From Candidatus Cloacimonadota bacterium (lineage in GTDB: Bacteria; Cloacimonadota; Cloacimonadia; Cloacimonadales; TCS61): a stretch of DNA of 47,341 nt. A program made the translations under genes and the position numbers. The DNA is taken from positions 1 to 47,341 of the forward strand of contig JAUVIJ010000001.1 of NCBI GenBank assembly GCA_030592835.1, given 5' to 3'. Position 1 is the first letter of the stretch. The number at the start of each line of letters is the position of its first letter. Of this stretch, positions 38,511-45,920 are shown piece by piece. Below the pieces are notes generated by a model. It ran no database searches. It had not been told where the DNA came from and saw only the letters and a list, made by a program, of their open reading frames with translations.

Positions 38511-39716
38511 ATGAGAATATTAATTGTATTACTACTGGTTCTGGGTTCAGTATCATTGTGGACTAATTCTATTTTTTCCTTCGAAGGTATGCCTATTCAA
38601 TATTACGGAAATGATGTTTATGGAATGGGAATGGGCGAGACAGGTCTGGGTGATCTGCACAGAATCAATACAAACTATTCCAATCCGGCAAATATTGTAA
38701 CAGCTAATAAGGTCATATTCTCCACCGCTCTGGGAATGGGTTATATGTGGTATCTTGACGAATATGATAGAGGATACCGTGATGATGGACTATGTTTACC
38801 TTACTTTAGCATTGTAGTACCCATCGGAAATCATAAATTTGCCTTCAGTTTTAACTCAACATTATCGGGAAATGTGGAAAACCAGCAGTTACGCCAATGG
38901 GAAGACATAAACTATACTGAAATAAACAGGATCAGTTCAGAAATATATAAAGCTGGTATTATCTATGGTCTTAAAAATAAATATTTGAATTTTGGATTAA
39001 GCATTGATTATTATATTGGTCACCGAATCCACTACTGGATGCTTGATTTTGACGGTATTTATCTTATCGATACCAAATATGAAATTGATAAATCCTTTAA
39101 TAATCCTGGCTTTTCACTGGGGGTTAATAAAAAAATCGGGGCTTTTTCCTTTGGTTTAACCTACTCTTCAAAAGTTGATCTTAGTGGAGATACCGAGTTC
39201 AAATATGGTCATCCTCCCTATACTGATACCCTATCAACCGATGTGGAGGACTTGTTTCAAATACCGGAACAGGTAGGATTTGGAGCCAGTCTTGAAATTC
39301 TCGAAAGATACAAAACTTCTCTTGATCTAATTTATGAAAACTGGAAAGATACTGATCTTTATGATAAAAGTACTATCAAAGTTGCGTTGGGGATTTCTTA
39401 TGATCCACTGAGCGGATACGGAAAATGGTATGAACAAATTCCTATACGGGCTGGCGGTTATCTCCGTGAACTGCCTTTTGAGAAGAATAACAAACCAATT
39501 TACGAAAAAGCTGTTACTCTGGGAACTTCTATTCCTTTGAAAACTCCTAGTAAAAAAATCGACCTCGGTTTCAAATACCTATACCGAGGGAACTTGAATG
39601 ATAATGGTGTTAGAGATAAAAGTATAATGTTCTATATTGGAATAACCGGTTTTGATATTTTTGCCAAAAGACTGAAAAAGATAGATCATCGGGATATTCC
39701 TGAGGCAGAAAAATAA
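38511..39716 (+). CDS. PorV/FadL-superfamily-like outer-membrane beta-barrel protein (hypothetical)
   Basis: GGGGAG precedes ATG 38511. Signal peptide. N-terminal YGMGMGETGLGDL....YSNPANIV (GG...NPA pattern). About 400 aa with alternating beta pattern. Follows a T9SS cargo gene. Confidence 0.5.
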   Translation: MRILIVLLLVLGSVSLWTNSIFSFEGMPIQYYGNDVYGMGMGETGLGDLHRINTNYSNPANIVTANKVIFSTALGMGYMWYLDEYDRGYRDDGLCLPYFSIVVPIGNHKFAFSFNSTLSGNVENQQLRQWEDINYTEINRISSEIYKAGIIYGLKNKYLNFGLSIDYYIGHRIHYWMLDFDGIYLIDTKYEIDKSFNNPGFSLGVNKKIGAFSFGLTYSSKVDLSGDTEFKYGHPPYTDTLSTDVEDLFQIPEQVGFGASLEILERYKTSLDLIYENWKDTDLYDKSTIKVALGISYDPLSGYGKWYEQIPIRAGGYLRELPFEKNNKPIYEKAVTLGTSIPLKTPSKKIDLGFKYLYRGNLNDNGVRDKSIMFYIGITGFDIFAKRLKKIDHRDIPEAEK

Positions 39717-39723
39717 TATTTAT

Positions 39724-41280
39724 ATGAATTTCAAATGGCAGATATTCGAAAAATCAGATCTGACAATATTCGAACAGATCAAGACAGGAAGACGAATTAC
39801 AGAAGATTTTCTTAAATCCTCCTTTTCTGATCTTCCCGACACATTCCTGATGACGGATCTGGACCTGGCTTAGACGAGGATCATCCAAGCAGTTAAGAAT
39901 AATGAGAAAATCATCATTTTCGGTCACGATGATCTCGATGGGATCACTTCCACATATATTCTCTTCGATTTTTTGAATAAAATAGGCTCCCAGAAACATT
40001 TTTATTACATCCCTAATCGTATAATTGACAATCATGGTATGCAGAAAAATTTCGTTAAAAGAGTAACCAAAGAGAGTTTTGATCTGGTCATAACTGTTGA
40101 TGGGGGTATTTCAGATTTTTCCGCAGTCAATAAAATAAACTCTTTTGATTGTGATATAATAATTACAGATCATCATCTGGTTCAGACTCATGTCCCCGAT
40201 GCCTTTGCAGTTGTCAATCCCAAGCAGAAAGAATGTAGCTATCCATATAAAATGCTGGCTGGTGTTGGTGTTGTTTATATGCTAATAATCAATCTGGCGG
40301 AAAAGCTCTCTATCGAAATCGATAAAAATTACCTGTTCTGGGTAACAATTGGCAGTGTTGCCGATAAAGTACCGATGACAGGAGTCAACAGAATATTGAT
40401 AAAGAAAGTTCTGGATGAGTGGTTTAGCTTTAATGACAGTACTTTGAAAATCATTATCAATCAGAATCTCTATCCAATAAACCATACTACCCGGATGGGG
40501 ATCATCAGACATACTATAAGGCTTCTTTCTAACGGAAGAAAACCAGATGGAGAAAATCTGATTCTGGAATTACTATTAAAACCGATCGGAGAGAAAGAAA
40601 AGATTTTCCAGAAATTATATAAAAACCTCAACCTTTCTGAAAGACGGATCAATAAACTACGAACAGTTTTGAATGAAATTGCTGCTTCAATCGATTCCAA
40701 TTATTATCTTTATTACGATAACTCCGGGAAAATTCCTTCCGATCTTCTTGGATTCAGCGCCTCATATTTATCCAGCTATCTTAAGATACCCGTTATCATG
40801 CTTGTTGACAAGAGGGAGATTGTAACCTGTGAGGCTCGTTGTACAGACGGTTTTAATCTGATAAATGCCTTTGAATATTGCGGCGAGACATTGATTCAAT
40901 ATGGTGGTCATACAAAAGCAGCAGGTTTCACGATTAAACCAGAAAATGTGCCACAATTTAAAAAGAAATTTACCGATTTCGTGGCTCTGAACGCTCAGAG
41001 CATCACCGATAATAGAAAAATCCATGTCGATGCTGTTTTATATCCGGAAAATTTAGATTCTTTTATCGATTTTCTCCAAACTGACTTCCATTTTATGCAG
41101 CCTTATGGAGAAGAGAATCCATCTCCTCATTACCTTTTAAGAAATTACTCTAAGGATACTTTCACGGAAAATCTGAAAATAGAAAATTTGAATCTACTGT
41201 CAGAAAATTCCAATTATGATCTAATCCTTAAATTCAACGGGTCCTGTCTGCATATTGTTGACTATAATTTGATTCAATAA
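39724..41280 (+). pseudogene. recJ: Single-stranded-DNA-specific exonuclease RecJ interrupted by one in-frame TAG (39871-39873): pseudogene, assembly error or read-through candidate
   Basis: Hand translation from ATG 39724 gives MNFKWQ...FSDLPDTFLMTDLDLA-TAG-TRIIQAVKNNEKIIIFGHDDLDGITS... in one frame (39724 and the track ORF at 39973 share a frame). DHH motif I (GHDDLDG, 39922-39942) lies after the TAG but before the first canonical restart codon (TTG 39973). Downstream motifs ITDHH and GGHTKAAGF (DHHA1) are intact. Confidence 0.75.
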
Positions 41281-41292
41281 TCCGGAGTAAAA

Positions 41293-41463
41293 ATGATTAT
41301 CAATAGAGATCTTTGCGATATTTGTGGTTCTTGTGTAGCAGTTTGCCCTGCCGATGCAATTGAAATCTCTGAATTCAAAGTAACTATCCTGGATGAAGTT
41401 TGTATCAATTGTCTGAAATGTATACAGGTATGTCCGATAAAAGCGATCAAAGAGGGGAATTAA
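41293..41463 (+). CDS. 2x[4Fe-4S] ferredoxin (56 aa, not in the ORF track)
   Basis: Hand translation: MIINRDLCDICGSCVAVCPADAIEISEFKVTILDEVCINCLKCIQVCPIKAIKEGN. Contains two CxxCxxCxxxCP motifs. GGAG upstream. Stop TAA at 41461-41463, 2 nt before the next ATG. Confidence 0.85.
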   Translation: MIINRDLCDICGSCVAVCPADAIEISEFKVTILDEVCINCLKCIQVCPIKAIKEGN

Positions 41464-41465
41464 TA

Positions 41466-42653
41466 ATGATATCCTCTAAATATGATGTTGTTGTTATCGG
41501 TTCCGGACCGACTGGTAGTGTGACCGCCAGATATGCGGCAGAGAATGGGGCTTCGGTTTTAATTCTGGAAAGAGATCGTGAACCTGGAATCCCTGTAAGA
41601 TGCGCAGAAGGAGTTTCACACAATGGAATCGCTCCTTTTATAGATATTGATCAACGCTGGATAGCTTCCCGGATTGAAACCGCTAAACTGACAGCTCCTA
41701 ACGGTGAATCTGCTTATCTCTACAATAATGGTATCGGTTACGTTCTGGAAAGACGTCTTTTTGATAATGCTTTAGCCGAACTTGCTTGCAGGAATGGAGC
41801 TCAGTTGCTTACCAAAGCAAATGCTACTGGATTAGTCTGGAAAAATAACAGAATAAGCGGCGTTAAATATACACATCTCGGACAGAAAAAAGAAGTTCTT
41901 TGTGATCTGGTTATTGGTGCAGATGGTGTGGAATCACGGGTTGGTCGCTGGGCCGGGATCAAGACAGACGTTGCCTTAAAAGATATAGATACTTGTGTTC
42001 AATACACAATGGTAGATATAAAAGTAGAAAAGGATACGATTGAATTCTTTTTTGGAACTGACATTTCACCGGGCGGATATGTCTGGATCTTCCCTAAATC
42101 AGAAGATACTGCGAATGTCGGAATCGGGATATCAGGACACATGGCAACTGAGAAAGGCCCGAAATATTATCTGGACAATTTCGTGGAAAGACATTTCCCA
42201 AAAGGTAAAATAACATGCAGGGTTTATGGTGGAGTAACCACGGCAAAAACGCTTAAGAAAATAGTGAAAAATAATATAATGCTTGTCGGTGATGCCGCCC
42301 GGCAGGTAAATCCTCTGACCGGTGGTGGTATTGCCCAGGGCATGCATGCAGCAAGTATTGCAGGAAAAATAGCTGCTGAAGCAGTAAAAAGGGAAGATTT
42401 CAGCTCCCAATTTCTTAAAAAATATCGAAAAGAATGGGACATCCGACTGGGCAATATTCAAAATACCATGTACTCCATGAAAGAAAAGGTCATAAATATG
42501 TCCAACGATCGTTTCAACAGGTTAGTCAAGGTGTGCCAGGGTATCCCACGAGATGAATTTAGCCTGAAGAAATTGTTCACTGAAGCTGTTAAGGGAGACC
42601 CAAAACTGATTTTAGACATTGCCAAAGCCTTTGTTGTATATAAAATGAAATAA
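41466..42653 (+). CDS. Geranylgeranyl reductase family flavoprotein, archaeal digeranylgeranylglycerophospholipid-reductase-like
   Basis: FAD fingerprint YDVVVIGSGPTGS, conserved catalytic-site PVRCAEG (Cys46), YVLER, GADGVESRVGRWAG, PGGYVWIFPK...ANVGIG and LVGDAARQVNPLTGGGI. Start at ATG 41466 (the track start at 41400 overlaps the ferredoxin gene). Confidence 0.85.
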   Translation: MISSKYDVVVIGSGPTGSVTARYAAENGASVLILERDREPGIPVRCAEGVSHNGIAPFIDIDQRWIASRIETAKLTAPNGESAYLYNNGIGYVLERRLFDNALAELACRNGAQLLTKANATGLVWKNNRISGVKYTHLGQKKEVLCDLVIGADGVESRVGRWAGIKTDVALKDIDTCVQYTMVDIKVEKDTIEFFFGTDISPGGYVWIFPKSEDTANVGIGISGHMATEKGPKYYLDNFVERHFPKGKITCRVYGGVTTAKTLKKIVKNNIMLVGDAARQVNPLTGGGIAQGMHAASIAGKIAAEAVKREDFSSQFLKKYRKEWDIRLGNIQNTMYSMKEKVINMSNDRFNRLVKVCQGIPRDEFSLKKLFTEAVKGDPKLILDIAKAFVVYKMK

Positions 42654-43280
42654 ATGGAAATGCATAAAAAGGAAATTGCCAGGAAATCTATTCATCTCAG
42701 TTCTTTCTTAATTCCTCTATCCTACCGATATTTACTTCCTTTGCTATTTACCGGATCAATAAAATCCATACCAACGAGAACTCACCAGAAAATCGCAGTG
42801 CTGGTATTATCCTTATTAGCAGTTATCTCTCTAATTATAGAAATACTGAGAACGGAGAATAACTCTTTCAGAAAACTGTTTGAGAAAACCTTGGGAAAGA
42901 TGATGAGAGTTCATGAAAAAAAAAACATCACCGGGGCAACTTTTCTTCTGGTCTCTTCTATTGTCTGCATCTCTTTTTTTCCTTACAATATTGCTTTTGT
43001 CTGCCTTAGTTTTCTGGTTATAGGGGATACAATGGCAGCCATTATCGGAATGTCTGTGGGTAAAAGGAAGATTGTGGGAACTGATAAAAGCGTGGAGGGA
43101 AGTCTTGCCTGTTTTATCAGCACGTTTATATTTTCACTTTTTTTTCTGAATCCAATCCTGGCTTTAACCGGGTCTTTCACAGCCACTCTGGCTGAATTAA
43201 CCTCACTCGGTATTGATGATAATTTTAAAATTCCCGTTATTTCCGGCGCAACTATGTCGGTAGCCAGTATGTTTATTTAA
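42654..43280 (+). CDS. Polyprenol kinase family membrane protein (COG0170: dolichol kinase SEC59 / phytol kinase VTE5-like, CTP-dependent)
   Basis: 208 aa, about 6 TM. IGDTMAAIIGMSVGKRK, DKSVEGSLACF and C-terminal GIDDNFKIPV match the dolichol/phytol kinase branch of the CTP-transferase superfamily rather than CdsA or CarS. The ATG directly abuts the upstream TAA. Confidence 0.65.
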   Translation: MEMHKKEIARKSIHLSSFLIPLSYRYLLPLLFTGSIKSIPTRTHQKIAVLVLSLLAVISLIIEILRTENNSFRKLFEKTLGKMMRVHEKKNITGATFLLVSSIVCISFFPYNIAFVCLSFLVIGDTMAAIIGMSVGKRKIVGTDKSVEGSLACFISTFIFSLFFLNPILALTGSFTATLAELTSLGIDDNFKIPVISGATMSVASMFI

Positions 43281-43294
43281 GAAGGGAGCGAAAT

Positions 43295-44227
43295 ATGAAA
43301 TTAAGCTTTGTAATCCCTGTATATAATGAAGAAGAGAGCCTGGATATTCTTCACCGGGAAATCCTGGCAAATATAAGCTCTTCAGATTATGAGATCATTT
43401 TTATAGACGATGGCAGTACCGATAACAGTTTTTCCATTCTTAAAGAACTTTCTGATAAAGATAAAAATGTGAAAGTTGTGAAGTTCAGAAAAAATTTTGG
43501 GAAAGCCGCTGGTTTACAGACCGGGTTCGAAATAGCATCCGGAGATTACATTTTCACTCTGGATGGAGACTTACAGGACAACCCTTCCGAAATACCCCGT
43601 TTTCTGAAGAAACTGGGCGAAGGTTATGATCTGGTCATCGGTTGGAAGAAGAAAAGGAAGGATCCTATATCTAAAACAATTCCATCCAAACTTTTTAACA
43701 TAATTACCTCTATAGTATTCAAACTGAAACTCCATGATTATAATAGCGGTTTCAAAGCATACAGAAAGGAAGTAATCAAGGAATTGGATATCTATGGCGA
43801 GATGCACAGATATATACCGGCATTGGCAAAAGCAAAGGGATTTCGGGTTACAGAGATACCTGTAGAACACAGAATCAGGAAATATGGAAGATCTAAATAT
43901 GGAAAGGAAAGATATCTGCGAGGATTTCTGGATCTCCTGACCGTTAAACTGGTCACAGGCTATATCCACAGTCCTCTTTATCTATTCGGAAGGATCGGCA
44001 TTTTTTTCTCTTTGGTCGGTTTTATTCTGGGAGTTTATCTCTCAGTGATGAAATTTGTGTATAATCACCCTTTAGCTAATCGCCCACTCTTATTTCTTGC
44101 CGTGCTTTTGATCATGGTCGGGCTTCAGTTCTTTTCTATTGGACTTCTGGGTGAATTGATAACAAATCAAAATCGGAAAGCTAATCGAAATACAAATATT
44201 TCTATTACCAAGACAATAAACACATAG
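43295..44227 (+). CDS. GT2 polyprenyl-phosphate hexosyltransferase (GtrB/ArnC/DPM1-like) with two C-terminal TM helices
   Basis: SFVIPVYNEEESL, IFIDDGSTDNS and TLDGDLQD (DxD). Interface helices, then two TMs (LYLFGRIGIFFSLVGFILGVYL; LLFLAVLLIMVGLQFFSIGLLGE), the hallmark architecture of polyisoprenyl-phosphate glycosyltransferases. AGGGAG upstream. Confidence 0.8.
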   Translation: MKLSFVIPVYNEEESLDILHREILANISSSDYEIIFIDDGSTDNSFSILKELSDKDKNVKVVKFRKNFGKAAGLQTGFEIASGDYIFTLDGDLQDNPSEIPRFLKKLGEGYDLVIGWKKKRKDPISKTIPSKLFNIITSIVFKLKLHDYNSGFKAYRKEVIKELDIYGEMHRYIPALAKAKGFRVTEIPVEHRIRKYGRSKYGKERYLRGFLDLLTVKLVTGYIHSPLYLFGRIGIFFSLVGFILGVYLSVMKFVYNHPLANRPLLFLAVLLIMVGLQFFSIGLLGELITNQNRKANRNTNISITKTINT

Positions 44228-44243
44228 TAATAAAAAGGGCTTT

Positions 44244-45608
44244 ATGGAATACCTGTCTCAGTTTCAGAATATGATGAAAGCAGCAGGGATGAGCGAACTT
44301 GTTATCAAATCTTTTTTTCAATACTATCTTCAAGTTCGGGAAGGAAAATTCGGTTTTATCCCTGAAAACGATATCATGTTACCCGATACTGATAATATTT
44401 TTAGTTATGAAAAACTCAGCCCGGGAACCAACAGCCATCTGGACAAGCTGGCCGTGATCAAGCTCAATGGTGGTTTGGGAACCAGCATGGGTTTAAAAAA
44501 AGCCAAGTCTCTACTTATGGTTAAGGATGGTTTAAATTTTCTGGATATAATCAGTAAACAGATCCTTTATTTAAGAGATCGTACCAGGATTAATATCCCT
44601 CTGATTTTCATGCATAGCTTCAATACCCGGGAAGATTCCTTACAACATCTTTCCCAATATGAAAACTTGAAAATCAAAGATCTGCCCTTCGATTTTGTTC
44701 AGAATAAATTCCCCAGAATATATCAGAAAGACCTCTCTCCAGTGATGATGAAAGATTCCACTCTTAACTGGAGCCCTCCCGGACATGGAGAAATATATCT
44801 GGTTCTACATTTAAGTGGAATTCTTAATCTCCTTCTTGATCACGGTATTGAATACCTGTTCATCTCCAATTCAGATAATCTGGGAGCAGTCGTAGACAGG
44901 CGAATACTTGACTTTATTATTTCCAGGAAAATCCCTTTCCTGATGGAAGTTTGTAAACGTACTGAGCAGGATAAAAAGGGGGGACATCTTGCCCAAAATG
45001 GAAGCGGTCAGTTGATTTTAAGAGAAGTGGCTCAGTGCCAAAGCGAAGATCTTGCTGCATTCCAGGATATAAAAAAATACAAGTATTTTAATACTAATAA
45101 TCTCTGGATAAACCTGAAAGTTTTGAAACAATCTCTTGTAAATTATAATTATCTGTTGCCACTACCACTTATACTTAATGCTAAAACCGTTGGAACTGGG
45201 AAAGTGTTCCAGATTGAATCAGCAATGGGTGCTGCCATCGGTATATTCCCGGGTTCTAAAGCACTGGTTGTGGATAGAAATCGTTTTATCCCTGTAAAAA
45301 AAACCGACGACCTTCTTTTAATAAGATCTGATGCCTATTCCCTATCCGACAATTCATCCCTGAAATTGCATCCGGATCTTACAACCCCACCCTTGGTAAA
45401 ACTCGATCCTGAATATTACAATACTCTTGAACAACTGGAAGAACATTTTGCGGAAGGTGTTCCTTCTCTAATAAAATGTCAACAATTGGAAATTCAGGGT
45501 GATGTATCTTTCGGTAAAAATATTCAATTCCATGGTAACGTGAAATTGAACACTAAAAACCCACTCCTACTGGAAAATCAAATTATATCCGGATCACTTG
45601 AGCTATAG
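44244..45608 (+). CDS. UTP--glucose-1-phosphate uridylyltransferase of the eukaryote-type UDPGP family
   Basis: 454 aa. VIKLNGGLGTSMGLKKAKSLL...DGLNFLD matches the UGPase-type signature (LNGGLGTSMG) rather than bacterial GalU or the UAP (GGQGTRLG) type. SNSDNLGA, KGGHL and FNTNNLW blocks follow. Confidence 0.75.
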   Translation: MEYLSQFQNMMKAAGMSELVIKSFFQYYLQVREGKFGFIPENDIMLPDTDNIFSYEKLSPGTNSHLDKLAVIKLNGGLGTSMGLKKAKSLLMVKDGLNFLDIISKQILYLRDRTRINIPLIFMHSFNTREDSLQHLSQYENLKIKDLPFDFVQNKFPRIYQKDLSPVMMKDSTLNWSPPGHGEIYLVLHLSGILNLLLDHGIEYLFISNSDNLGAVVDRRILDFIISRKIPFLMEVCKRTEQDKKGGHLAQNGSGQLILREVAQCQSEDLAAFQDIKKYKYFNTNNLWINLKVLKQSLVNYNYLLPLPLILNAKTVGTGKVFQIESAMGAAIGIFPGSKALVVDRNRFIPVKKTDDLLLIRSDAYSLSDNSSLKLHPDLTTPPLVKLDPEYYNTLEQLEEHFAEGVPSLIKCQQLEIQGDVSFGKNIQFHGNVKLNTKNPLLLENQIISGSLEL

Positions 45609-45856
45609 AAAGTTATTCTCATAACTTCTTTGTTATTGAACCTAGATAATACGATAGAACTGTGTAAATGCGTCAATAAGCCTTAGGTTTATAAATCTTT
45701 TATATGTGAGTGATTCACAAAATTATTATCTGAATATCTTTATGATATGCACATTCCGAATGCTTTCGAAATTAAACCATCCCCCTATAAAATATTACTG
45801 CTCTTCAATATACCTTTATTGCATTATCTGGGTTGAGCATAATAAACAAATTTTTA

Positions 45857-45885
45857 TTGACTTTACACAATTACAATTTTATTTT
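45857..45885 (+). promoter_or_regulatory. Putative sigma70-like promoter for the sensor kinase gene
   Basis: TTGACT (45857-45862), 17-nt spacer, TATTTT (45880-45885), 35 nt upstream of ATG 45921. Confidence 0.3.
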
Positions 45886-45920
45886 TTTCTTAATCGCGTG
45901 TTCCATAAAGGGAGTCGATT

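Noticed and set aside
39871-39873. Genome-wide reassignment of TAG (alternative genetic code) as the explanation for the in-frame TAG in recJ.
   Set aside because: TAG sits at the natural ends of at least ten well-supported genes in this window: xseB 3340-3342; 9189-9191; 11281-11283; 12191-12193 (minus); glnA 18385-18387; nadD 19293-19295 (minus); 30003-30005 (minus); 33204-33206 (minus); 44225-44227; and 45606-45608. It is therefore a functional stop in this genome.
45610-45627. Hairpin AAGTTAT-TCTC-ATAACTT just after the UGPase stop, considered as an intrinsic terminator.
   Set aside because: It is a 7-bp almost entirely A-U stem with a poor U-tract, too weak to call.
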